DNA from: an uncultured bacterium | Lineage (GTDB): Bacteria; Actinomycetota; Acidimicrobiia; Spongiisociales; UBA5794 | Reading direction: 5' to 3' | Length of the DNA: 64,000 nt | Assembly (NCBI GenBank): GCA_963801165.1 | Contig: CAWDDT010000010.1 | Location: 233,045-297,044 of the forward strand | Shown: positions 21,043 through 30,447 of the stretch, piece after piece | Position numbering within the stretch: the first letter of the stretch is position 1 | Layout of the letters: the number at the start of each line of letters is the position of its first letter | Notes under the pieces: generated by a model | Seen by the model: the letters and a program-made list of their open reading frames with translations, nothing else | Databases searched by the model: none | What the model was told of the DNA's origin: nothing | Position numbers and translations under genes: made by a program

Positions 21043-22032
21043 TCACCGGTACGGATTCTCGCCCGGGCCGCGCCGGGCCACCGCCGACCAGACGGTCTCG
21101 TAGTGGTCACGATCGAAGCGGTCGACGTGGGGGAGCACGAACTCTTCCCAGGTGCGGCGCAGCGGATCCGGGGCCGTCGCGTAGACCCGTAGGCCCGCCG
21201 GGATCCGGTCGAGCACGGTCCGCAGGCTCATCGGGGTCTCTACGCGTGTCTGGGAATCCGTGGAGCTGAATGAGGCGTTCACCTCGACGGCCAGCTTGGC
21301 GATGGGCTCCGAGAACACCGGCTTCAGGCCGCTATGGCGGCGATGGAGCATGCTCACCAACTCCTCCTCGGCGGGGAAGTCCTTCTCCCAGATGATCCAG
21401 CGATCGGCGAAGGCCTTGTTCAGCGTCTGGGTGCCTGCGTAGTCGCGGAGATCGGTCGGGTTGAGCGTCCCGAACACACGGACGTCGTGGCGAAGCCGCA
21501 CCATCTCGCCAGTCGGTAGCTCCAGGGCTTGATGACGGTCGAGCAGACCGTGCAAAGCGAACAGGGTCTCGGCACCGGCAGCGTTTAGCTCCGACAGGTT
21601 GATCAAGGCCGGACCGCGCAGCGCTCTTGTTATGTCGCCATCTTCCCACCGGCTTTCGGTTCCGCCCTTGCCGTCGCCGTAGAGCTTCACCGATCCGATC
21701 AACGTGATGTCACGAACCTCACCCGTCAAGGGGATCCGGTAATGCGGCATACCGAGTGTCGCGGCGAACTGCTCGAGATCATGATCCTTGCCGGTCCCCA
21801 TGTGGCCACGCAAGGCGAGGTGCAGCGGAGAGTCCTTGAAGTGGTTGCGCCGCACCTCCTCCACCTGGGCGAGGCGATACAGCATCCCGAGATCCACGTA
21901 ATACGGATCCGGATCGGGGATGTGCTCGATCCGCAGGTCGTGGTCCGGCATGTCGGCCGGGATCTCGGTTTTCTCTAGCTCGATGGGCGGGCCTTCCCCT
22001 GCAGGATCGTCGAAAGTCACCATCTCAGGCAT
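21043..22032 (-). CDS. MoxR/CobS/NorQ-like AAA+ ATPase with atypical Walker motifs
   Basis: GHMGTGKD, WEDGDITRAL, LINLSELN, GTLNP..YAGT..LNKAFADRW. Confidence 0.85.
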   Translation of the reverse strand: MPEMVTFDDPAGEGPPIELEKTEIPADMPDHDLRIEHIPDPDPYYVDLGMLYRLAQVEEVRRNHFKDSPLHLALRGHMGTGKDHDLEQFAATLGMPHYRIPLTGEVRDITLIGSVKLYGDGKGGTESRWEDGDITRALRGPALINLSELNAAGAETLFALHGLLDRHQALELPTGEMVRLRHDVRVFGTLNPTDLRDYAGTQTLNKAFADRWIIWEKDFPAEEELVSMLHRRHSGLKPVFSEPIAKLAVEVNASFSSTDSQTRVETPMSLRTVLDRIPAGLRVYATAPDPLRRTWEEFVLPHVDRFDRDHYETVWSAVARRGPGENPYR

Positions 22033-24247
22033 TGGTGATGCTCCTTTGTTTGCTCAGATATTCGGAAGAGGAATGTGCCCACCACGTCTCGCCGCCGGCG
22101 GCAGCGATGGTGCGGAGCAAGCTCGAGCGGACACCGTCGATCATCGCTCTGGTGAGCTCCGCCGGCCACTCTACGACCTGGTGGCGTTGGTACGCCGCGG
22201 TCACAGTGTCGTCTCCGATGCCGATGCCCAGCACCGTGGTGCCGTTCCTCTCGGCGGCGTCCACGGATTCGGCAAGGGCTCGGACCGTGCCCCGCGTCAT
22301 ACCGTCGGCGAGGACGACGAGGATGCGGGTCGATACGTGCCGGGCGGCGAGCCGCTGCGTCGCATAGGTCACGTTGAACTCGTCGACGTTGGCTGCTTTG
22401 TCGAACATCGACACCGGCGGAGTGTTTTCCGGGTCTCTGCGTGCCGCATGCCCTGCTTCGCGGGGCGCAGCCGCCATGTAGAAGAGACCGGCCATCACGT
22501 CTTCGTGCTGGCGCCACCGGTTGTCGAACGGTTTGACCAGATAGTGGTTGACGGTGCGGGAGAGCCGGTCGGCCGAGCCACCATGGCTGCGACGCAACCC
22601 ACCGATGGCGCTGTGTCTCCGGCTGGTGAAGGTTCGCTCGGTGTCGTCGCCGGTGGCGGGGAAGGAGCGGTTGAACACGGCGACTTCGAAGTCGATCTGG
22701 AGCTCATGGCAAAGCGCGGCGAGTGACCACGCACCGAGAGTCGCGGCGGCCAGGGCCCACGGGGCTTTGCGCGCGGTACCCACCCGGAGCGGTTGCAGCA
22801 TCGACGCCGACCCGTCGACGAGCAGGCTGACGGCATAGCTGCGTCGTGTCGGCAGATCGCGCCGCTCGAACATACGCTCGTACAAACCTGCACCGAGCAG
22901 CAGCGCCGAATACGGCGAGAGATCACCTGCGTCGAAACCGGAGCGGAGCCCCCGCCGCTGGTTGGCCAGGAACAGCGGATACAGCTCCCCGGCTACCCGG
23001 CGTTGCTCCACACCCCATTGTTTGGCTGCGGCGTCGAGACGCTCCCTGCCTTCTTTGGCGAATTTGCGGAAGTGGTCGGGAAACGGGCCGACCACGAGCT
23101 TGCCGGTCTGTCCCGTTGGCAAATAGATGGAAGGGGCCTGCGAGACACGGACGAGCTGCTCGGTGGCGGGATCTCCGGCCTGGTCGGCGTCGCCCGCCTT
23201 GCCGTGTTCGGCGGAGACGGATTGGGCGGCCGCCCACGATTGCTCGTATGACTCGATGTCTCGCAGTGGTGGCGTGACGATTCGTACCGCGTCAACCGAA
23301 TCACTGATCGCAGCGCTGTCGTCCTCGCCTTTGCCGGTTCGGACGTGCTTGGCGTCCGCCTTGGTGACGATGTGGGCGAGGCCGTGGATGCGTGCCACCT
23401 CGAGAAGCTGTAGCGCCAGCCCACCAACGGTCCACGGGTCGTCGGCGGCGGCGACGTCGTCTATGAAAGGCTGGGCGTCGTCGAGAGCCATCGCCACGTG
23501 TGCCGGTAGCTGTCGTTGCAGCTTGTCTTTTGTGGTGTAGCCCCCGACGAGAAGGAAGCAAGCGAGCGCGTACTGTCCGAGGGGACGAGCCTGTTCCATA
23601 CCCCCCGGCGTAGCAGCCAGATAGAGGTCGGACAGCACCGAGCGCACGCCGCCGAACCCGTCGAGGAGGACACGTTCCTGTCGGGCATCTTCGAGCGAGA
23701 AGAACAAGGCCTCGGCAGCTGGACCTCCGATCTCGCTTATCGCATCAAGCAGACTCACCGGCTGTTCGTCGAGGGCCGGGACCGATCCGGGGATGGGGCT
23801 CTCTGCCTTGTCGAGATCGTCGTCGTCCTCGAACAGCATGGGTGCCCGCTTCGGGAGAGGCATGGGTAGACCCTCGGGTTCCTCGGTCGTGGTCCTGTTC
23901 TCCCGGTGGGCGAGCCAGGCTCGGGGGATCGGACGCTTCTCGTCGAAGTCGGAGGCCAGAAGGTGGACCACCTCGTGTAGCGCCGACGTGAGTGCCACCT
24001 CGGCCGGCGTCACCGGGGCGCTGCGGGCATAGGCTGCCTGGAATACGCCGGGGTCGATGACGATCTCGTCCTCGCTGCCGGAAGCCTGCGAGCCGAGCCG
24101 GACAATCAGGTCCTCCTTGCCGGCGATGGTCCTGGCGAACCGGGTTATGGCCGGGGCGACCCGCTGATAGCGCGCCACGACGGCCTCGATCACCCTCTCT
24201 TCGGGGGGAAGCACCTCATTCAGGACTGACTGATCTCGACCGCGCAT
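22025..24247 (-). CDS. CobT/NorD-like vWA domain protein with N-terminal HEXXH
   Basis: ALHEVVHL, LEDARQE, MIDAS LLVDGSASM and VLADG, GIGIG; 8-nt overlap with the AAA gene. Confidence 0.8.
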   Translation of the reverse strand: MRGRDQSVLNEVLPPEERVIEAVVARYQRVAPAITRFARTIAGKEDLIVRLGSQASGSEDEIVIDPGVFQAAYARSAPVTPAEVALTSALHEVVHLLASDFDEKRPIPRAWLAHRENRTTTEEPEGLPMPLPKRAPMLFEDDDDLDKAESPIPGSVPALDEQPVSLLDAISEIGGPAAEALFFSLEDARQERVLLDGFGGVRSVLSDLYLAATPGGMEQARPLGQYALACFLLVGGYTTKDKLQRQLPAHVAMALDDAQPFIDDVAAADDPWTVGGLALQLLEVARIHGLAHIVTKADAKHVRTGKGEDDSAAISDSVDAVRIVTPPLRDIESYEQSWAAAQSVSAEHGKAGDADQAGDPATEQLVRVSQAPSIYLPTGQTGKLVVGPFPDHFRKFAKEGRERLDAAAKQWGVEQRRVAGELYPLFLANQRRGLRSGFDAGDLSPYSALLLGAGLYERMFERRDLPTRRSYAVSLLVDGSASMLQPLRVGTARKAPWALAAATLGAWSLAALCHELQIDFEVAVFNRSFPATGDDTERTFTSRRHSAIGGLRRSHGGSADRLSRTVNHYLVKPFDNRWRQHEDVMAGLFYMAAAPREAGHAARRDPENTPPVSMFDKAANVDEFNVTYATQRLAARHVSTRILVVLADGMTRGTVRALAESVDAAERNGTTVLGIGIGDDTVTAAYQRHQVVEWPAELTRAMIDGVRSSLLRTIAAAGGETWWAHSSSEYLSKQRSITNA

Positions 24248-24302
24248 GACTAATGATTTTCTCACACGCGTCAAGTCCGGAGGCGCGGTCTATCGTGGCT
24301 GG

Positions 24303-24722
24303 ATGGACGATCTGTCGATACCCGGGGGCCCGACCATCCCGGCGGGCGAGTTGACGTGGCGTTTCGACACGTCGGGAGGCCCCGGAGGCCAGCATTCCAA
24401 CAAGAGCTCCACACGTGTCGAGCTGCTGTTCGACGTTACGACGTCCGTGGCACTCGACGATGCGATGAAGACTCGGATTCTGCGGCAGAAGGGCGTCGAG
24501 CTGGGGGTGATCAGGATTCGGGTGTCCGAGTCGCGCTCGCAGTGGAAGAACCGTCAGCTCGCCCGGCAGCGTCTCGCCGAGTTCCTCTCCCGGGCGCTGG
24601 CGCCACCACCGCGGCGGCGGAAGCTCACCGTGCCGGGTCGGGCGGCGCGGGAACGTCGCCTGGCAAAGAAGCGGGATCGATCCGAGACCAAGCGCCTCCG
24701 CAGACCACCCGAGCCGGAGTGA
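24303..24722 (+). CDS. arfB: Alternative ribosome rescue peptidyl-tRNA hydrolase
   Basis: SGGPGGQHSNK, RSQWKNR, basic C-terminal tail. Confidence 0.9.
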   Translation: MDDLSIPGGPTIPAGELTWRFDTSGGPGGQHSNKSSTRVELLFDVTTSVALDDAMKTRILRQKGVELGVIRIRVSESRSQWKNRQLARQRLAEFLSRALAPPPRRRKLTVPGRAARERRLAKKRDRSETKRLRRPPEPE

Positions 24723-24725
24723 GTG

Positions 24726-25031
24726 CTACTCGACCTGGTCGCGCAGCCGCTCGAGCCGCTGGTCCCAGAGGTCACCCACCGATTCGACCCAGTCCACCAC
24801 CGTCCCGAGCGGGTCGGGACGGAACGAGTAGACAACTTCACGGCCGGTCCTGTGCCGCTCGACGAGACATACCGCGTCGAGTGCCGCAAGGTGTTTGACC
24901 ACGGCCTGTCGCGACACGGGAAGATCGGCGGCGAGATCGGTTGCAGTAGCGGGACCGCCGCGAATCAGCCTGGTTAGCACCTCGAGTCTGGTGGGATCGG
25001 CGAGGGCCGCAAAGACCTCGTGTGTGCCCAT
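24726..25031 (-). CDS. ArsR/SmtB family transcriptional regulator
   Basis: VFAALADPTR, SRQAVVKHL, GREVVY, WDQRLERL. Confidence 0.9.
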   Translation of the reverse strand: MGTHEVFAALADPTRLEVLTRLIRGGPATATDLAADLPVSRQAVVKHLAALDAVCLVERHRTGREVVYSFRPDPLGTVVDWVESVGDLWDQRLERLRDQVE

Positions 25032-25477
25032 CAAGCTGCCGCACAGCTCGCGGTGGGTGCCCACGAGCCGCCCGCCGGGTACCACGGTTGCGGCCCGCCC
25101 AGATACCGCTGCGTGGGCATCTCGGTGACCTGCCACGGCAGCAGCGTCTCCCTCACGGTGATCCGGGTGTTCGTGCCGTCGGGTTCGATCTCGATCTCGA
25201 CGAGCGCGGGCATCCCGTCGTTGGTTCGCCAGCTCCATTGGAGACGGCGCTCCGGGATGATCTCCTCCACCACACCGAAGGTGTCGGGCGTTCCTTCCCC
25301 GGTCATGTGGATGGCCCCGCCCTGGCGTGGCTCGATGGTGACGTCGGCACCCATCCATGCCGTGAGCAGATCGCCCCGTGTCAGGTGCTCCCACACCGTC
25401 TCGGGCCCGGCGGCGAGCTCGATCGAGCGCTCAACCGCAACGTTGCCCGACAGGTCCTCGTATCTCTCTTCAGCCAT
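25031..25477 (-). CDS. SRPBCC (AHSA1/START-like) domain protein
   Basis: PETVWEHLT...[20 protein letters not shown]. Confidence 0.85.
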   Translation of the reverse strand: MAEERYEDLSGNVAVERSIELAAGPETVWEHLTRGDLLTAWMGADVTIEPRQGGAIHMTGEGTPDTFGVVEEIIPERRLQWSWRTNDGMPALVEIEIEPDGTNTRITVRETLLPWQVTEMPTQRYLGGPQPWYPAGGSWAPTASCAAA

Positions 25478-25481
25478 GCCC

Positions 25482-25533
25482 GCAACCTAGCAGTTGCACG
25501 TCCGTTATGCTGGCGTGCAACCATTGGGTTGCA
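25482..25533. promoter_or_regulatory. Divergent promoter with two palindromic operators
   Basis: GCAACC-tagc-AGTTGC (25482-25497) and TGCAACC-attg-GGTTGCA (25516-25533). Confidence 0.7.
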
Positions 25534-25545
25534 AAAGGAGTTGTG

Positions 25546-26157
25546 ATGGTCATACCAACGGTGATCGAGCAGACCCCGCATGGGGACCGGGCCTCTGACA
25601 TCTACTCCCGTCTCTTGAGCAACAGGATCGTCTTCCTCGGCAAACCGATCGACTTCGACGTTGCCGAGCTGATCGTCGCCCAGTTCCTGCATCTGGCGAG
25701 TGAGGACGGGGAGAAGCCGATATCGCTGTACATCAACTCGCCCGGAGGGGAGACGTCCTCGATGATGGCGATATACGACACGATGCAGCACATCGAGCCC
25801 GAGGTGACGACCACCTGTATCGGGCTGGCTGCATCGGCGGCTGCGGTGATTCTCGCCGCCGGGGCCGAAGGCAAGCGGTTCGTGCTGCCACACGCCCGGG
25901 TTCTCATCCATCAGCCCCACCTGAGCGGTGGTCTCGAAGGGCCGGCCAGCGAGATCGAAATCCACGCCCGCGAGATCATCCGCGAGAAGCACGAGATGAT
26001 CGGCATCCTGGCAACGCACACCGGGCAGACCGAGGAAACCATCGACCGCGACAGCGACCGCGACCGGTGGCTCACCGCAGACCAAGCCGTCGCCTACGGC
26101 CTCGCCGATGCAGTGATGTTCCCGGCGCGCGTGCCAAAGCGACTCCAGAGCAGCTGA
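25546..26157 (+). CDS. clpP: ATP-dependent Clp protease proteolytic subunit (stand-alone paralogue)
   Basis: [26 protein letters not shown]; AAGGAG SD. Confidence 0.95.
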   Translation: MVIPTVIEQTPHGDRASDIYSRLLSNRIVFLGKPIDFDVAELIVAQFLHLASEDGEKPISLYINSPGGETSSMMAIYDTMQHIEPEVTTTCIGLAASAAAVILAAGAEGKRFVLPHARVLIHQPHLSGGLEGPASEIEIHAREIIREKHEMIGILATHTGQTEETIDRDSDRDRWLTADQAVAYGLADAVMFPARVPKRLQSS

Positions 26158-26308
26158 GGAGCTGCCCTGGTCCGGTCGGTGCGGGTAGAAGAGTCGTGGA
26201 GAATTCCAGTTCAGGCTCGATACCTGCTCGACAATTCAGAGATGCCGATTCATTGCGACCCTTCACGGCTATTCATGAAGACCCTTCTAGACCTCTATCA
26301 TTCCTCGA

Positions 26309-27559
26309 ATGCACTATGACTTGACAACACTGCCCAACGGGCTGCGGGTGATCACCCAGGACATGCCGTCGATCCGTTCGGTTGCCATCGGCGCGTGGGT
26401 CGACACAGGCAGCCGCGATGAAGAGCCGATCGAGGCCGGTACCAGTCACTTTCTCGAGCACCTGCTGTTCAAGGGGTCGGAGCGTCTGTCGGCGCGCGCC
26501 ATCTCGGAGGCATTCGATGCCGTCGGCGCCCGAAACAACGCCTTCACCAGCAAGGAATACACTTGTTATTGGGCCCGGCTCCGCAGCGCCGATCTGCCTC
26601 TGGCGGTCGACATAATCGCCGAAATGCTGCGGCGTCCGGCCTTCCGGCAGAACGAGATCGACTCGGAACGCAACGTCGTGTTGGAAGAGATCAACATGAA
26701 CGAGGATGATCCGACCGACGTCGCCCACGAGGAGTTCGTGACTGCGCTGTGGGAGGATCACCCGTTGGCGCCACCCATCCTGGGGACAAAAGAGTCCATA
26801 ACCGACATGACCCGGGAGACCATCTACAACTACTGGCACCGTCGCTACACGCCACGGTCAACGGTCGTTGCGGCCGTTGGCGATCTGGATCATGAGAAGG
26901 TGGTAGACCTGATTGCGGCACACATGGGTGATTGGGATGGTCCGGCCGTCGGTCGTACCGAGGTCACCCCCGTCATCGTGCCCAAGGTGAGGGTGCGACA
27001 CAGAGACACCGAGCAGTCCCACATTGTCTTTGGCTCGCAGGGTCTGACCCGCAGCGACGACCGCCGGTTTGCGGTCACCATCGCCAACCACGTTCTGGGC
27101 GGCGGCATGTCCTCGCGTCTGTTTCGTGAGATCCGTGAGGACCGGGGTCTCGCCTATGCAGTGCATGCGTTCCGGATGCCGTTTCTCGAGACCGGCTCGT
27201 CAGCGATCTATGTCGGGACCACCCCGACCCAGACAGGTGAGGTGCTCAAGCTGATCAGAGCCGAGCTGGACAAGATCATGGCCGACGGGATCACCGACGA
27301 CGAGATGGAACGAGCCAAGGGCAACGTTGAAGGCAGCCTGGCGCTGTCGCTCGAGGACACCAACGGGCGGATGACCCAGCTCGGCCGTCACGAGATCACC
27401 GGCGTGCCGCACCTGAGCGTCGATGAGATCGTCGCCAAGATCGACGCTCTGACTCACGAGGACATCATTTCCGTGGCCCGGGAGGTATACGACGGTCCGT
27501 ACGTGCTCGGGTTGGTCGGACCGTTCGAGGAGGGTGACTTCGCGGAGACGGTGCGATGA
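26309..27559 (+). CDS. M16 family zinc peptidase
   Basis: HFLEHLLFKG, NAFTSKE, GGGMSSRLF. Confidence 0.95.
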   Translation: MHYDLTTLPNGLRVITQDMPSIRSVAIGAWVDTGSRDEEPIEAGTSHFLEHLLFKGSERLSARAISEAFDAVGARNNAFTSKEYTCYWARLRSADLPLAVDIIAEMLRRPAFRQNEIDSERNVVLEEINMNEDDPTDVAHEEFVTALWEDHPLAPPILGTKESITDMTRETIYNYWHRRYTPRSTVVAAVGDLDHEKVVDLIAAHMGDWDGPAVGRTEVTPVIVPKVRVRHRDTEQSHIVFGSQGLTRSDDRRFAVTIANHVLGGGMSSRLFREIREDRGLAYAVHAFRMPFLETGSSAIYVGTTPTQTGEVLKLIRAELDKIMADGITDDEMERAKGNVEGSLALSLEDTNGRMTQLGRHEITGVPHLSVDEIVAKIDALTHEDIISVAREVYDGPYVLGLVGPFEEGDFAETVR

Positions 27560-28323
27560 CCCGCGTCGGCGTATCGGGCGCCGCCGGCCGGATGGGGAAG
27601 CTCGTTGCCGAGACCGTTGCCTATGCGTCGGGTCACGATCTGGTCGCTCTCTACGACCCGCACGCCCCGGCCGGCACGACCATCGGCGATGTTGCCGTGT
27701 CGACTACACCCGAGGTGATGCTCGATGCCGAGGTAGTAGTGGAGTTCACGAACCCCGACGTCGTGCTGGAGAATCTCAGGAACTGGCACACCATGGGCCG
27801 CCATGCCGTGGTCGGTACCTCGGGATTCAACGAGGCGCGCATCGGCGTGGTGGAGGGATTCTGGACCGGCGGAGCGGGGAATTGCTTGATCGTCTCCAAC
27901 TTCTCGATCGGCGCCGTGGTCATGATGCGGGTCTCGGAGATTGCGGCCCCGCATTTCGACGCCGCAGAGGTCATCGAGATGCATCACGACCGGAAGGCGG
28001 ACGCACCGTCGGGCACGGCCATCGCCACCGCGCGCCGCATCGCCGCGGCCGGTGGCCCGCAGAAGCGCGAGGTGGTCAGCAAGGAGTTGATCCCGGGTGC
28101 CCGCGGCGCCGCCGTCGACGCGGTGCCGATCCACTCGGTACGTCTTCCCGGTCTGGTCGCACATCAGGCAGTCATGTTCGGTGGGATGGGCGAGACGCTG
28201 ACCATCCGCCACGACACCACGGACCGCCAGGCCTTTCTCCCCGGCATCATCCTCGCCATCGGGAAAGTCGCTTCGCTCCCGATGCCGGTCACCGTGGGTC
28301 TCGAGCCGCTGCTGGGTCTGTAA
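27556..28323 (+). CDS. dapB: 4-hydroxy-tetrahydrodipicolinate reductase
   Basis: GAAGRMG, EMHHDRKADAPSGTA. Confidence 0.95.
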   Translation: MTRVGVSGAAGRMGKLVAETVAYASGHDLVALYDPHAPAGTTIGDVAVSTTPEVMLDAEVVVEFTNPDVVLENLRNWHTMGRHAVVGTSGFNEARIGVVEGFWTGGAGNCLIVSNFSIGAVVMMRVSEIAAPHFDAAEVIEMHHDRKADAPSGTAIATARRIAAAGGPQKREVVSKELIPGARGAAVDAVPIHSVRLPGLVAHQAVMFGGMGETLTIRHDTTDRQAFLPGIILAIGKVASLPMPVTVGLEPLLGL

Positions 28324-28443
28324 CCCGCTGTACAGCCGGAACCGGCGCCCGGGCGCACTAAACATCTGAGCCGCTCCTGTCGATACAAGACCGACGGTTT
28401 GACACCGACGCGGTGGCACCGACGCTGTGACAGGAGTACTCAA

Positions 28444-29451
28444 ATGAAGCTTCGTTCTGTGCTGGCTTTCGCCGCATTTGCCCTGGCCGTGGGTGGGTGT
28501 GGAGCCGGTCCCGCTCAATCGGCCGACGGCCCGATATACGCTCGGGCTCTGGCCTACAGCCTCACCGGCGACACCGTGCTCACCTACCACACCGATATCG
28601 AGACCAACGCGACGACGGAGTTCGACGGCATGGGATCGGTCGGTGCCTCCATGCCGGGCTCCATGGACATGCGGATGAAGATGTCGTTGGACTCGACGTA
28701 TCAGATCGGTGACGGTCCCGAACCGGGTTCGTACCGGGTGGCGATGACGACCGACAACGTCGCTCTCGAGTCCGGATCGATCGAGATGGCAGGCGAGAAG
28801 GTCGATCTCTCCGATGTACCGCAAAGCGACCTGGAGGCGGCGCTCGACGCCCAGATGCCCGAATTCGTCTACGTCATTGACGACAAGGGCGAGGTTGTCT
28901 CGGTGGAGGTCGGTGGCGTCTCGATCGACGTCGACGGTCTTCTCGGCGGGATATCGGCAAACGGCTTCAGCAGCGGGCAGATGTTCGGCCCGGAGCTCCC
29001 GGCCGGCGAGGTTGCGATCGGCGACACCTGGACGACGACGTCCGAGCAGAGTCTTGGCGGCGTTGTCGTTGCCACCGTGGAGATCCACGAGATCCTCCGC
29101 AGCGAGGAGCACAACGGTCATCAGACGTGGGTCATCAGAACCACGGCCACAACCGATGGCTACACCGTCACCTGGGACGACATCACCGCGATGCTGGACG
29201 CCATGGGCGGTATGAACCAGGTCGAGGGCATGCAGGACATGCCTGAGTCATTCCAGATGGCCATGCACGCTGCTCCGTCTACTGCGACCATGGTCACCTG
29301 GCTCGATCCGGGGCTCGGTCGTGCCATCGCAGTCGACAACACCAGCGACGTCGTCATGACCATTGAGATGGGTGGTTTCCCAGGGATGTCCGGGTCGTTC
29401 TCGATGCACATCGACGGCCACAACCACGTGGCCATGGAGCTGGTCGAGTAG
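28444..29451 (+). CDS. Hypothetical Met-rich lipoprotein
   Basis: Lipobox VGGC, AGGAG SD, LPAGEVAIGDTW. Confidence 0.7.
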   Translation: MKLRSVLAFAAFALAVGGCGAGPAQSADGPIYARALAYSLTGDTVLTYHTDIETNATTEFDGMGSVGASMPGSMDMRMKMSLDSTYQIGDGPEPGSYRVAMTTDNVALESGSIEMAGEKVDLSDVPQSDLEAALDAQMPEFVYVIDDKGEVVSVEVGGVSIDVDGLLGGISANGFSSGQMFGPELPAGEVAIGDTWTTTSEQSLGGVVVATVEIHEILRSEEHNGHQTWVIRTTATTDGYTVTWDDITAMLDAMGGMNQVEGMQDMPESFQMAMHAAPSTATMVTWLDPGLGRAIAVDNTSDVVMTIEMGGFPGMSGSFSMHIDGHNHVAMELVE

Positions 29452-30297
29452 TCAGAACAACGCGTTGGCGAGTTGGCGACGGTAGTCGGTCGTCAACGGG
29501 TGGCCGTCACCGAGAACTCCGAAGATGTCGAGCATCGCCTTGCGGGCGTCTTCCCTGCTCTCTCCACGCGCCTTGACAACTGCCAGCAGATGGTCGAGCG
29601 CAGGCTCGTACTCCGCACGAGCGGCCAGGGCCATTGCCAGTTCGATACGGACCATGTCGTTGCCGGGATCCGCATCCAATCTACCGGCGAGCTCGTTGAC
29701 GTCGCTGCCGCGTGAAGAGGCGAGGCGCGTCGCGGCTTGGAGGCGTTCAACCTCGTCGGTTGCTGCGAGCTTGCCGAGCACGATCAAGGCGTCGTCGTTG
29801 CGCCCCGATGCGATGAGCAGGGCGGCTAGGCCCGTACCCGCCTCTTGATGATCTGATTGCTCGTCGAGGGCGGCCCGAAACAACCGCTCGGCGGTTTCGA
29901 GGTCGCCGGCGATGGCCGCATCGCGTGCCTGGTCGACGACCAGGTCGAGCTCCGATGGCAGCAAGCTACCCAGCCAGTCACGGATGGCAGTCTCGGGGAT
30001 GGCACCACTGAACTGGCCGACCGGCACACCACCGCGGAATCCGATCACGGTAGGGATGCCCTGCACACCGAACTGCGCGGCCAGCTCCTGGTTCTGGTCG
30101 ACGTCGACCTTGGCGAGAACGAAGCTCCCGTCTGACTCGTCGGTGATCCGTTCGAGCATCGGGCCGAGCGTGCGACACGGTTGGCACCATTCTGCCCAGA
30201 AGTCGACAACGACGGGCACGTCGTGGCTCTTTTGCAACACAGCCTGTTGGAACGTGGCTGTTGTCACCTCAGTTATGTAGGGGCTCGTGGATTCCAT
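29452..30297 (-). CDS. Thioredoxin-TPR chaperedoxin (YbbN/CnoX family)
   Basis: VDFWAEWCQPC, helical TPR region, YRRQLANALF. Confidence 0.9.
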   Translation of the reverse strand: MESTSPYITEVTTATFQQAVLQKSHDVPVVVDFWAEWCQPCRTLGPMLERITDESDGSFVLAKVDVDQNQELAAQFGVQGIPTVIGFRGGVPVGQFSGAIPETAIRDWLGSLLPSELDLVVDQARDAAIAGDLETAERLFRAALDEQSDHQEAGTGLAALLIASGRNDDALIVLGKLAATDEVERLQAATRLASSRGSDVNELAGRLDADPGNDMVRIELAMALAARAEYEPALDHLLAVVKARGESREDARKAMLDIFGVLGDGHPLTTDYRRQLANALF

Positions 30298-30343
30298 ACC
30301 TGAAGAATAGTTGGCCCCCGGGCGCATTTTGCCGGACGATCGG

Positions 30344-30412
30344 GTTGCCGCCCGGTTCGGAAAGAAGTTGCCGGCCGGCTTGGAAAGAAGTTGCCGGCCC
30401 GCTCGGAAAGAA
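30344..30412. repeat. Three tandem 23-bp repeats
   Basis: GTTGCCG(C/G)CC(G/C)G(T/C)T(C/T)GGAAAGAA at 30344, 30367 and 30390. Confidence 0.85.
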
Positions 30413-30447
30413 ATGGCGTATGCCGCGGTACTGCTACCGTTTGGTCC

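Noticed and set aside
21043-24247. Calling the AAA-vWA pair cobS/cobT or norQ/norD
   Set aside because: No cognate pathway genes in the window and atypical motifs, so no symbol assigned
30344-30412. Possible CRISPR repeats or replication iterons
   Set aside because: Head-to-tail with no spacers; no rep gene or AT-rich origin nearby
30300-30447. Lysine riboswitch upstream of dapA
   Set aside because: No aptamer features; dapA appears leaderless
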